Assembly: GCA_964016885.1 (NCBI GenBank)
Contig: OZ024743.1
Coordinates: 305,722,001 to 305,786,000, forward strand
Source: Eledone cirrhosa
Taxonomy: Eukaryota
DNA: 64,000 nucleotides
Direction: 5' to 3'
Shown here: in pieces, positions 31,345 through 44,974 of the stretch
Layout of the letters: every line of letters starts with the position of its first letter
Numbering within the stretch: position 1 is the stretch's first letter
The notes under the pieces: generated by a model
Database searches by the model: none
Seen by the model: the letters and a program-made list of their open reading frames with translations, nothing else
What the model was told of the DNA's origin: nothing
Position numbers and translations under genes: made by a program

Positions 31345-32133
31345 GATATCCCCGTCTCACAATCGATACGAGACCTTGGTATAGACAAGAGCGATGATGC
31401 ATCTTTCTCCTCACACATCATGAAAGTGGCGACAATGTGCAGACGACTCGCTGTCTGGATCTTGAGTACGTTCCGGACAAGAGACCGAGACACTATGTTG
31501 ACACTATGGAGGACATTTGTCCTAAGCCGTCTGGACTATTGCTTCCAGTTGTGGTCACCCCATTGTCTGAGACTAACCACGGAGCTTGAGGCAATCCGGC
31601 GAACCTACACCAAGACGATGGCCACGATGAAGGTGATAAGATACTGGGAGAGGCTAAAAGAACTGAACCTCTGCTCCTTGTAACGAAGACGGTAGAGATA
31701 CGCAGTGATCTACATGTGGAAAATCCTGAAGGGACTAGCACCAAACTTTGGCATTGGGAGCTGGAACAACCGTCGAACAGGACGTCACTGTCAGGTGCCA
31801 AAGGTCCCGTCTTTCACATCTAGAATAAGGAGCAGGTATTGCAATAGCCTGGGATTCAAGAGCCCTTAACTCTTCAACAAGCTGCCGAGGGATCTGAGAG
31901 ATCTGCATGGTGTGGAGCTGGATGTCTTCAAGAAAAATCTCGACACCTTGTTATCCAAGATCGCGGTTGAGCACACAGCAAGGCTCGAGGGAAATCTAAG
32001 GGCAGCAGCAACAAAATCCCTCTTACACCAGTGGCCAACCTATACAGGATGGAGATATAATGTGTAGCAAAAATGGCGGTGCTCCAGCATGGCCTCAACC
32101 GGATGGGTGGAACAGGTAAAAGAGTAAAAGAGT
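31345..32133 (+). mobile_element. 5'-truncated 3' fragment of the same CR1/L2-group LINE
   Basis: Reverse complement match to 25508-26303, with the same tail. Confidence 0.9.
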
Positions 32134-32259
32134 ATACATACATATACATACATATATATACATACATACATATACATACATACATACATATATATATACA
32201 TATACATATAAATACATATACATATTAATATATATATATAAATACATACACACACACAC

Positions 32260-32290
<31 letters not shown>

Positions 32291-32338
32291 AATAGCTTTA
32301 TATATATATATGTACATATATATATATATATAAATAGG

Positions 32339-32392
<54 letters not shown>

Positions 32393-32395
<3 letters not shown>

Positions 32396-33738
32396 AAAGT
32401 TATATTTAAATTGTTGGGTTACAACTAGTAAATATTTATAACTAATATAAAAGCACTCAACAAGTATTTGGAGTATATTTACGATATTAAATAAATGGAA
32501 ACTATATTTATAAAACCATATTTATTTCATTATATATATTTCAGGGATATCATATTAACAATATGTTATGCCTTCCTCAGACAAAACACAATATAGACAG
32601 TTTTATAAATAAATAGATTTGACATACCGTTCAACATCGACTTGTATTTGAAAAGTTGATTTGGCAGTGAAAAATTGTAAACAGAAAGAAAGAAAGAAAG
32701 AATGAAAGAAAGAAAGAAAACGAAGAAAAAGAAGAAATGCATGCAACTAAATAGAGAGATGGAAAGATAGATAAAGAGAAGAACTTCATGTAAAGAAACA
32801 GAGAGAGATATATAGAGAGGGGTAATAGATAGAGATAGATATATATAGAGAAGAGTAGGTAGTTGAACATCCGTTGAATGACGTATCAATGATACATTTA
32901 TTTATTTATTTATTTATTTAGCTCTAGTATTAATGTAAGGGAGATATATGTGGTTAGGAGAGAAACGAGCCGTTATATAGAGAGAAAAAATGAAAAGTAA
33001 CCAGACATAGGCGAGGCAGAATTTAAAAACATATAAACATATAAACATATGAATTTTTAAAACTAGACATAACATCATTACTTTTCACACATTATAGATA
33101 CGTGTCTCATTCGTGAATACTGATATTTACATTATAGTGCCTGGTTTTTATACGAACTAATATTTCTACATTGAAACATAGGGTTTTTAAATTCTGCCTC
33201 GCCTATGTCTGGTTACTTTTCATTTTTTCTCTATATATAACGGCTGGTTTCTCTCCTAACCACATATATCTCCCTTACATTAATACTAGAGCTAAATAAA
33301 TAAATAAATAAATAAATGTATCATTGATACGTCATTCAACGGATGTTCAACTACCTACTCTACTCTATATATATCTATCTCTATCTATTTCCCCTCTCTA
33401 TATATCTCTCTCTGTTTCTTTACATGAAGTTCTTCTCTTTATCTATCTTTCCATCTCTCTATTTAGTTGCATGCATTTCTTCTTTTTCTTCGTTTTCTTT
33501 CTTTCTTTCCTTCTTTCTTTCTTTCTTTCTTTCTTTCTGTTTACAATTTTTCACTGCCAAATCAACTTTTCAAATACAAGTCGATGTTGAACGGTATGTC
33601 AAATCTATTTATTTATAAAACTGTCTATATTGTATTTTGTATGAGGAAGGCATAACATATTGTTAATATGATATCCCTGAAATATATATAATGAAATAAA
33701 TATGGTTTTATAAATATAGTTTCCATTTATTTAATATC

Positions 33739-33740
<2 letters not shown>
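32393..33740. mobile_element. Non-coding PLE pseudo-LTR pair as a long inverted repeat (family A)
   Basis: Arms about 32482-33030 and 33183-33740, homologous to 148-985. HHRs at 32526-32585 (-, intact core) and 33636-33695 (+, C3 changed to A). Confidence 0.85.
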
Positions 33741-34288
<548 letters not shown>

Positions 34289-34491
34289 TAAGTATGTATG
34301 TATACGTACATACATATATGTATACATATATATATATATATACAGGTACACATACATATATGCACGTATCAGTTTAGCGGACGCTTATTATAACGCCGCT
34401 TTGTTCGTTTGTAAACAAACTGAACAGCCTGATTTATGCCATACAGTGTTAAGGCAACCACGTCACCTTTTTGTTCAACACTGACACAGGA

Positions 34492-34534
34492 ACGATGTAC
34501 TAGTTTCAAGCTTGTTAGCTATCATCAGCACCGT
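34492..34534 (-). ncRNA. Minimal type I hammerhead ribozyme (460-bp family, inverted copy)
   Basis: Reverse complement of 34972-35014 with one loop difference. Confidence 0.85.
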
Positions 34535-34699
34535 ATATCCTTCTGCCAGATAGTTGAACGAAAAAAAAAAAAAATGTGACGTGGTTGCCTTAACACTGTA
34601 TGGCATAAATCAGGCTGTTCAGTTTGTTTACAAACGAACAAAGCGGCGTTATTATAAGCGTCCGCTAAACTGACACGTGCATATATGTATGTGTACCTG

Positions 34700-34732
<33 letters not shown>

Positions 34733-34971
34733 GCATGCTACTGTACGTCTGTATACATATATGTATGTACGTATACATACATACTTACATTTAAGTAAGT
34801 GCCGTACTAAGAGTGAGAAATGAAATTTCGTTTTCATTTTATTTCAATTTATCGTTTTCGGTATGCCTGACCGACTTAACTCACTCGATATGCAAATTAG
34901 GCTACTCAGCCGTTAATTTTCATAAGGAAAGTATATACTTTCGAACGTTCAACTATCTGGCAGAAGGGTAT

Positions 34972-35014
34972 ACGGTGCTGATGATAGCTAGCAAGCTTGA
35001 AACTAGTACATCGT
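34972..35014 (+). ncRNA. Minimal type I hammerhead ribozyme (460-bp family)
   Basis: acggtg-CTGATGA-tagct-agca-agctt-GAAAC-ta-GTA-catcgt. Confidence 0.85.
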
Positions 35015-35321
35015 TCCTGTGTCGGTGTTGAACAAAAAGGTGACGTGGTTGCCTTAACACTGTATAGCATAAATCAGGCTGTTCAGTTTGTTTACAAACG
35101 AACAAAGCGGCGTTATAATAAGCGTCCGCTAAACTGATACGTGCATATATGTATGTGTACCTGTATATATATATATATATGTATATATATATGCATGCTA
35201 CTGTACGTCTGTATACATATATGTATGTACGTATACATACATACTTACATTTAAGTAAGTGCCGTACTAAGAGTGAAAAATGAAATTTCGTTTTCATTTT
35301 ATTTCAACTTGTATATAAATA

Positions 35322-35372
<51 letters not shown>

Positions 35373-35593
35373 AATTAAGTCAAAAGTGTACATCTACATA
35401 TATATACGGAAATATTAGTATGCATATAAATACACACATGTATACATATGTACACGTACTGAGTTTTTCACTGGACACTTTACTGTGAGTGTCCAGCTAG
35501 TCTGTATGTAACCAAACAGACAAACCGGGTTTTAGAGTCATACGGGTTTTCAAGGAAACACATTTCCTCTATTCTCCAGAGAGCCAGACAGGA

Positions 35594-35636
35594 ATATCGG
35601 ACTAGTGTCGATGTTATTACATCTCATCAGCAATAT
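35594..35636 (-). ncRNA. Hammerhead copy with core mutation GAAA to GACA, probably inactive
   Basis: Minus strand: atattg-CTGATGA-gatgtaataacatc-GACAC-ta-GTC-cgatat. Confidence 0.7.
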
Positions 35637-36140
35637 AAACCCATCTTCCGGCTTCTCTAGAGAATCGTAAAAGCACATATCGTTATATGCTTTTTCTATG
35701 AAAATTAGTAGTGGGCAGACCAATTTGCATAGAACGTGAGTCATTGTACGCACCGGTTCAGCGGAAACGATAAAAACAAATAACGAAACGAAATTAAATT
35801 TCGTTTCGCTTCTAACTCACTTTTGTATGACTGACGCTTAAACAATTAAGTCAAAAGTGTACATCTACATATGTATACGGAAATATTAGTATGCATATAA
35901 ATACACACATGTATACATATGTACACGTACTGAGTTTTTCACTGGACACTTTACTGTGAGTGTCCAGCTAGTCTGTATGTAACCAAACAGACAAACCGGG
36001 TTTTAGAGTCATACGGGTTTTCAAGGAAACACATTTCCTCTATTCTCCAGAGAGCCAGACAGGAATATTGGACTAGTTTCGATGTTATTACATCTCATCT
36101 GTGCTTTTACGATTCTCTAGAGTAGCCGGAAGATGGGTTT

Positions 36141-36183
36141 ATATTGCTGATGAGATGTAATAACATCGAAATTAGTCCAATAT
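36141..36183 (+). ncRNA. Minimal type I hammerhead ribozyme (471-bp family, GAAAT variant)
   Basis: Same motif with a U-G pair in stem III. Confidence 0.8.
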
Positions 36184-36611
36184 TCCTGTCTGGCTCTCTG
36201 GGGAATAGAGGAAATGTGTTTCCTTGAAAACCCGTATGACTCTAAAACCCGGTTTGTCTGTTTGGTTACATACAGACTAGCTGGACACTCACAGTAAAGT
36301 GTCCAGTGAAAAACTCAGTACGTGTACATATGTATACATGTGTGTATTTATATGCATACTAATATTTCCGTATACATATGTAGATGTACACTTTTAACTT
36401 AATTGTTTAAGCGTCAGTCATACAAAAGTGAGTTAGAAGCGAAACGAAATTTAATTTCGTTTCGTTATTTGTTTTTATCGTTTCCGCTGAACCGGTGCGT
36501 ACAATGACTCACGTTCTATGCAAATTGGTCTGCCCACTACTAATTTTCATAGAAAAAGCATATAACGATATGTGCTTTTACGATTCTCTAGAGAAGCCGG
36601 AAGATGGGTTT

Positions 36612-36654
36612 ATATTGCTGATGAGATGTAATAACATCGAAACTAGTCCAATAT
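36612..36654 (+). ncRNA. Minimal type I hammerhead ribozyme (471-bp family)
   Basis: atattg-CTGATGA-gatgt-aata-acatc-GAAAC-ta-GTC-caatat. Perfect core and stems. Confidence 0.9.
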
Positions 36655-37082
36655 TCCTGTCTGGCTCTCTGGAGAATAGAGGAAATGTGTTTCCTTGAAA
36701 ACCCGTATGACTCTAAAACCCGCTTTGTCTGTTTGGTTACATACAGACTAGCTGGACACTCACAGTAAAGTGTCCAGTGAAAAACTCAGTACGTGTACAT
36801 ATGTATACATGTGTGTATTTATATGCATACTAATATTTCCGTATACATATGTAGATGTACACTTTTGACTTAATTGTTTAAGCGTAAGTCATACAAAAGT
36901 GAGTTAGAAGCGAAACGAAATTTAATTTCGTTTCGTTATTTGTTTTTATCGTTTCCGCTGAACCGGTGCGTACAATGACTCACGTTCTATGCAAATTGGT
37001 CTGCCCACTACTCATTTTCATAGAAAAAGCATATAACGATATGTGCTTTTACGATTCTCTAGAGAAGCCGGAAGATGGGTTT

Positions 37083-37125
37083 ATATTGCTGATGAGATGT
37101 AATAACATCGAAACTAGTCCAATAT
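37083..37125 (+). ncRNA. Minimal type I hammerhead ribozyme (471-bp family)
   Basis: Identical to 36612-36654. Confidence 0.9.
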
Positions 37126-37401
37126 TCCTGTCTGGCTCTCTGGAGAATAGAGGAAATGTGTTTCCTTGAAAACCCGTATGCCTCTAAAACCCGGTTTGTC
37201 TGTTTGGTTACATACAGACTAGCTGGACACTCACAGTAAAAAACTCAGTACGTGTACATATGTATACATGTGTGTATTTATATGCATACTAATATTTCAG
37301 TATACATATGTAGATGTACACTTTTGACTTAATTGTTTAAGCGTCAGTCATACAAAAGTGAGTTAGAAGCGAAACGAAATTTAATTTCGTTTCGTTATTT
37401 G

Positions 37402-37471
<70 letters not shown>

Positions 37472-37711
37472 CATATACATATACATTCATATATATACAT
37501 GTACATATATATATACTTATACATACATATATATATACATATATATATTCATATACATATAAACATATACATGCATATATATATACATGTATATGCATAA
37601 ATATACATATATGTATATACATGTAGATACCTACACATATCTACATATATATACGTATATACGTATACATATACTGTATATACATATATATATATATACA
37701 TGTACATATAC

Positions 37712-37922
<211 letters not shown>

Positions 37923-37951
37923 CATATATATATACATATACATACATATCT

Positions 37952-38446
37952 ATCTAGGGCGGGTAAAATTCCCGAGATCCATGGACGAGTTCTCTCCAGC
38001 GGTCTCTGTCCCTCATTATCGCTGCCATGTCCTGCGTCTCCAACATACCAGTGTCTGTCCTTAGGGCATCAACATACGTTAACCTTGGTCTTCCTCTTCC
38101 AGTGTGTCCATGTAGCGGCTCCCACAGTAGTACTGAGTTCAATGTCAACTCTGGATGTCGGTGAGCATGTCCAGCTAACGTCAGTCTCCTCTGTGTCACA
38201 TTTGAGCTGACTTTTGGGAGTCTCCCATACAGATATGAATTTTTCATCCTCGGTGTATACTGATTAATATTCAGAGCCATCCTCAGCCTTCTCTTGTAGC
38301 ACCTATCCACCATCTGAGTGAGTTTCTTGGTCAGTGTCCAAGTCTCAGACCCGTACAGCAGCTCAGACTCCACTACAGCAATGAAGAGGCGGATTTTCAG
38401 GTCTTTACGAAGGTCCGACTCCCACACCGATCTCAAGCTGTGGCAC
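37952..38446 (-). mobile_element. RTE/RTEX-type LINE 3' fragment
   Basis: [24 protein letters not shown]...[12 protein letters not shown]...RGRPRLTY...MRDRDRWR, between TA tracts. Confidence 0.85.
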
Positions 38447-38907
38447 GTATGTATATGTATATATATATATGTATATATATACATATACATATATATATAC
38501 ATATAGATAACATATATATATATATAAATACATATATATATATATATACATACATAGATATATATTTATACATATATATATATTTATACATATATATATA
38601 TACATATATATACATATATAAATATATACATATACATATATATATATATACATATACATATATATATATATACATATACATATATACCTATACATATATA
38701 TACATATACATATACATACATATATATATATATATATACACATATATATACATATGTAAATATACATAGATATATATATACATATACATACATTTATATA
38801 TACATACATATACATATACATACCTATATATGTATACATATAAATACATATATATACATATACATACAAATACGTATATATACATATACATACATATATA
38901 TATATAC

Positions 38908-39535
38908 ATTGTTATATTTGGGGAGGGTCATATTTGCGTAATATTGCCAGAATTAATAACAGAACACACTCACTGTTTGGTTGGTTTTCGCTTCTCGCTG
39001 TCTTTTATATATATATATCTGCGATCTAACTTACTCGGTCCTCAATGTTGCCATTGACTGACCGGCGGTCAAAAATAATACAGATACAATATAGACAAAC
39101 ACATATATATATAGTTTACATAATTTACATAAATCTTTCGTTGCACATCTGCAACATCGTCAGTGGTGTTATATTCATTGTTCCTCCTGTTGTGTTGTAT
39201 GTCTACGCCATGACTGAACAAAAAAAAAAAATGGCGTAGACATACAACACAACAGGAGGAACAATGAATATAACACCACTGACGATGTTGCAGATGTGCA
39301 ACGAAAGATTTATGTAAATTATGTAAACTATATATATATGTGTTTGTCTATATTGTATCTGTATTATTTTTGACCGCGGGTCAGTCAATGGCAACATTGA
39401 GGACCGAGTAAGTTAGATCGCAGATATATATATATAAAAGACAGCGAGAAGCGAAAACCAACCAAACAGTGAGTGTGTTCTGTTATTAATTCTGGCAATA
39501 TTACGCAAATATGACCCTCCCCAAATATAACAATA
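38908..39535. mobile_element. Near-perfect palindrome of the second-clade PLE pseudo-LTR
   Basis: Arms 38908-39211 and 39231-39535, nearly identical to 14166-14467. Confidence 0.9.
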
Positions 39536-39959
39536 TCTGTTTCGACACACGATTTCATATAAAAAACCTCGCAAAACTAATTCATCGCCGCTATATATAT
39601 ACATATATATACATATATATATATATGTACATATACATATATATATGTATACACATACATACATATATATGTATTGATTTACATAGATATATATATACAA
39701 ATAAAGATTCAGCGAGAATCGCATTTTCGGCGGGCAGGAAAAAGCGAAGCGAAACGCAAAAATCAGAAATGATACTGGCAAAGTGCTCCATAGTTAAAAA
39801 CCAGAGCTAAACAATGTGTTAAGAAGCCATACAAAACTGAAAAGGAGGTCAAGAAGGCATTAACCACCCAAGCCAAAAACCAAATCAAGCTAAACAGGTC
39901 AAAACAAAATAAATGATAAAAAAATAAATTATAAATGATAACCATATATATATACATAG

Positions 39960-40009
<50 letters not shown>

Positions 40010-40011
<2 letters not shown>

Positions 40012-40625
40012 GATATTAAACAAATGGAAACTATATTTATATTTATAAAACCATATTTATTTCGTTATATATATTTCTGGGATATCATATTAAAAATATG
40101 GTATGCCTTCCTCAGACAAAATACAATACATAAGCTGTTTTATAAATAATTATTGACATACCTTATAATAATGCGACTTCCATTTAAAAAGTTGATTTGG
40201 TAGTGAAACTGTTATGACAGTTATATAGAAAGAAAAACGAAGATGAGAAGAAGAAGATGAAGAGATGTATGTAAAGAAAAACAACAGAGCGAGATAGAGA
40301 GACAAGGAGATATGGGAGAGAGAAATACATTGAGGAAGTGAAAAAATATAGTAGGCTGCTTTTGGACAGATGATCATCGTATATGTGAGAGGTTAAGGAG
40401 GGAAGGGATGCAGTTAAACTAGCCGACACATAAATCACGTCCAGTGTATAGGAGAAAAAGAAAGAAAGATGATATATTTAAAATATATTAAAAATATATT
40501 ATGTCTCATCCATTTGAATTATCAATTTTTATGAATTAGGTATTATAATGTAAATATCAGTATTCATGAATGAGACACATATCCATAATGTGTGAAAAAA
40601 TGACCACATGCTCAGTTTAAAAATT
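40010..40625 (-). mobile_element. Diverged family A pseudo-LTR with HHR at 40061-40120
   Basis: Homologous to 240-980. gccttcctcagacaaa and tatatatttc boxes are retained. Confidence 0.75.
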
Positions 40626-40824
40626 CTTAGGTCTATTAGCAAAATCTGAGATAAAACTTCAAACATAAGTATATATGCATTCTCGTGAAAAAAGAAAAAG
40701 AGAAAAGAGAAGGTTATCTCAAATCAAGACTCCAGTTGCATTTTCGATTTCATCTTTTTTTCTTTATACTTTCACTCGTGTAGTACACCTCGCTTATTTT
40801 TCATTTTGTTAAAAAAAACCTCAC

Positions 40825-40877
<53 letters not shown>

Positions 40878-40886
<9 letters not shown>

Positions 40887-41709
40887 TACATTAATCAAAG
40901 TTCAGTTTAAATCATTTATTTGCTTACAATTGTTTCCTCCAAACCGAGGTTTGGCTTCTTCGGAGCAACTATTTAGTGATTTATAACATACTTGACCTCC
41001 TTTTCAACACAAGAGACATATAAAAACATATGTATATATTGACCCACAGTGGGTTGACATTCATCATAATGATATAGCATGGCAATTTACATATAAGGGT
41101 TAAAGGACAAAATTAAAGTTAATATTAAAATAAAAATAAAACATTGGCTGTTTATGAAGATAAAGCAAGAGGAAAGTTTAGAGTAGTCAGTGTATGAAAC
41201 AGTCTCACGTGTGGCATGCACGCGTGTCTTATTTATACAGGATTATAGTGCGGCAGATTGTTACATGTAAAAACAAGCAGTTAAAGCAGGCAATCAATAG
41301 CATCATGGGGGCCGTATTGTTAAAGCATTTTTTCACATACACCTGTACGATATATAATCCCGTTTGTAGAGAAACACCAAAAATATCCAAAAATATCAAA
41401 AATATTATAAAAGAGAAGCAAAACAGCACCACTGTCCTCGCACCCACCACCACTCACACAATCCAGGAAAAGCAATATATAGACTACATGTCTATCACAC
41501 AATCCACGGAGGAAACAATTGTAAGCAAATAAATGATTTAAACTGAACTTTGATTAATATAATTTCTATATAACTGCTCTGTAAAACAACTGATGTTATT
41601 ACATTGAGCTATTTATCTTACTGGGTTTAAAATATTTATCTTTAGGGTTTAAAATATATATAACCATAAAAGGTTTTATTGTATACATAACCATAAATAG
41701 TATCCTTAA

Positions 41710-41713
<4 letters not shown>
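40878..41713. mobile_element. Non-coding HHR element (CCGA family): minus copy plus inverted 3' fragment
   Basis: 40878-40940 is inverted at 41508-41570. Homologous to 47490-48230. Confidence 0.75.
40920..40968 (-). ncRNA. Hammerhead variant with CCGAAGA core; relatives at 47692-47740 (-) and 53486-53533 (+)
   Basis: Minus strand: ttgct-CCGAAGA-ag-ccaaacc-tc-ggtttgg-ag-GAAAC-aatt-GTA-agcaa. Confidence 0.65.
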
Positions 41714-41792
<79 letters not shown>

Positions 41793-41813
41793 ATATTATA
41801 TATATTATATATA

Positions 41814-41856
<43 letters not shown>

Positions 41857-41896
41857 ATATTATATATATATATTATATATATATATATTATATATA

Positions 41897-41948
<52 letters not shown>

Positions 41949-42243
41949 TATATTATATATATATATATATATAATATATATATATTATATATATATATTA
42001 TATATATATATATAATATATATATATATAATATATATATATTATATATATATATATAATATATATATATTATATATATATATATATTATATATATATATA
42101 TATTATATATATATATATAATATATATATATTATATATATATATATATTATATATATATATATATTATATATATATATATATATTATATATATATATATT
42201 ATATATATATATATATTATATATATATATATATTATATATATA
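41714..42243. repeat. (TA)n tract with TT/AA slips
   Basis: Seen directly. Confidence 0.95.
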
Positions 42244-42247
42244 CACG

Positions 42248-42370
42248 TGAAGGCGTGTGGCTGAGTGGTTAGACAATTGGATTCACAATCTTGAGGTTGT
42301 GAGTTCGATTCCTGGACCGGGCGATGCGTTATGTCCTTGAGCAAGACACTTTATTTCACGTCGCTCCTTC
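42248..42370 (+). mobile_element. tRNA-derived SINE, family 2 (5' part)
   Basis: A box tggctgagtgg, B box gagttcgattcc, core tgtccttgagcaagacac. Related copy at 59325-59450. Confidence 0.75.
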
Positions 42371-42465
42371 TACCTGGAGTTGCGACCGATAGATAGTACT
42401 AGCAACTGGAAAGACCAACGGAAGCATTGTTCCCTCGGTCCGATTTGACGAAAGTCGATCGATTT

Positions 42466-42506
<41 letters not shown>

Positions 42507-44252
42507 AAATAAAATAAATAAGTCAAATGTTTAAAATTTGACTTCCGTTATTACAGCTATATATATTTCTGTGACAGCCATCTTTGGCTGTCACAGCCAT
42601 CTTTGGCTCTACCACACCGAATTAGTGTGGTAGAGACGAGTACACATGTTGTTGAGGTGTATATCTTTGTCAATACTCTGATATGCCCAGTTCCTGGTTA
42701 GGTTGTTATTTCACTGAGGAACTGGAATCATATGAATTTAAACAAACGAATTTCAGCGTCAAAGGGCCTCTTCTCCTCTCATTGGTCAGTTGTTAGAACA
42801 TTCCTCAGTCAAAAGTCTATAGAAATTCGTTCTGAGGCAAGCCAATTTGTAGTTGTTGTTCTTGTTATTGTTAGGTACATCTGACCTCTATTCTTATGTT
42901 GGTAGTGGTGTTGTTGTTGGAGCCAGCACAAAAAAAGTGATAAAGTGGTAGAAGGAATAAGATGGTAAAGGAACAAAATAAAATAAAATAATCGAAGAAA
43001 ATGTGTGAGTTTGTTATACCCATCTCAATGTTATAAAGATTTGTAAGGTCAAACTTCCCATTGGTCAGTTTTGAGAGCATTCCTCAGTCCAAAGTCTATA
43101 GAAATTATTTCTGGGGTGAGGCTCCCTGTAGTGTTTGTGTTTGCTATTGTTAAGTACATCTGACCTCTACACTTATTTTGGTAGTGTTGTTGGTGTTGTG
43201 GTCAGCTTATGTATTGCTGCCGCTGACAATTTAGAAGTATCCAGTGTGTGTGTTTTTTCATCCTTCCTGCCACCATATCCCGTGGTGGTGGTGGTGGTGG
43301 TGGTGGGCGGTTCTGCCATGTATATGAAGAACTAGAAGGCAATAAAATGAAGAAAACAGAAAATAAATAATAAATAGAGAATAAATGAAAAGTGAATGAA
43401 AAAGTAATGAAAAATGAACATGGAAAATGAAAAGTGAAAAATAAAAATGAAGATTCAAATAAAATAAGATAAAATGTGTGTGTGCTATAACCAATCTCAA
43501 GGTCAGAAATAAGTTGGATAGAGTAGTAGGTGGAACAAGATGGTAAAAGAATAAAACGAAATAGGATAATCAAATAAAATGTGTGTGTTATAACCAATCT
43601 CAACTTAAATATAAATATAAGGTGATAAAGTGAAGAAAATAGAAAACAAATAACTGAATAATGAGAAATCAAAAATGAAAAATCAAAAATCAAGTAAATT
43701 AAAATGTGTGTGTATTATAAAGATGTTGGCCAAATTATAAAGGCTGTGTCAGAATCAATCTCTAGGCTATCATGGTGTCTGCTCAGCGTGGGTTGGTCCC
43801 TATGGCTTGAGAGGAGTTCCCAACCTATGGTCTTGTTAATGCCCATATAGCTTGAGGGAGGTTTGGCCGAGATGTGTCTCCATGTTCTGGAGAAGTCCTT
43901 ATAGCTTACTCCGCAGTAACCAAACCAACCTGCGCACTTCGTCGAGTGCTCCAATCTGCATAATGAGGTGTTGATATACAACCAACATATACTCAATATA
44001 TATATATATATATATACTAGCTGGCCCGTCCGGCTGGCGCTGGCTAGGTATACCTTCCCCCACCACTCCATTGCAAAGATACCACACACCCTGCCGTGTC
44101 ACATTGCCCTTCCGACTCTCTCTCTCTCTCTCTCTCTCTCTGAATAACTAACACTTTAATTGTGTCTCTCTCTGTCTAACGACCTAGCTCTCTCTTTTCC
44201 CCTCTCTTTGTTTTTCTGTCTCTCTCTGTAGATGTGTGTGTAGTTTTCCTTA

Positions 44253-44365
<113 letters not shown>

Positions 44366-44974
44366 TGAAGGGAGATACGGAAACTAAAACAGTGTTGTCA
44401 TATAGAGATTGAAGAGCGTCAGAGAGACTAAAGCAGTTAAATTATAGAGAGGGGGAGTCATCTATTATAGAGAGAGGGAAGAGCGACGGAGAGAGTAAAG
44501 CTAAGAAACTATAGGGAGGTGTTTAGGATACATACATACATAATACATACATACGACGCTTAGCTCTGTCTCTCTCTCTCAATAACTAACACTTTAATTG
44601 TATCTCTCTCTGTCTAAAGGCCTATCTTTCTCTTTTCCCGCCCTCTGTTTTTCTGTCTCTCTCTGTAGATGTGTGTATGTAGTTTTCCTAATCTTTCTCT
44701 AAATCTCTCCCTTTCTCTCTCTCTCTCTCTCTCTCTCCCTCTCTCTATCTCTCTCTCTATATATATATATATATATCTCTCTATGTGTATATATTGAAGT
44801 GAGATACGGAAACTAAAGCAGTGTTGTCATATAGAGAGTGAAGAGCGACAGAGAGAGTAAAGCTGTTAAATTATAGAGACATACATACATACATACAAAC
44901 ATACATACATACATACATACATACATACATACATACATACATACATACATACATACATACATACATACATACAT

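Larger units (their letters stand above)
35370..37407. mobile_element. Retrozyme-like tandem array with 471-bp unit: about 1.5 units (-) joined to about 2.8 units (+)
   Basis: HHR starts at 36141, 36612 and 37083 (+) and at 35594 and 36065 (-) are each 471 apart. Inversion junction at 36099/36100. Flanked by (TA)n. Confidence 0.85.

Noticed and set aside
35550-37169. Repeated 67-aa ORF MRTMTHVLCK...
   Set aside because: GTG start, no recognisable domain, and it overlaps the HHR. It is a by-product of the tandem unit.
42248-42325. tRNA gene
   Set aside because: A and B boxes run into a SINE core, with no proper cloverleaf or acceptor stem.
43715-44089. 124-aa minus-strand ORF as a host exon
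   Set aside because: No recognisable domain, and it spans a TA run and a repeat terminus.
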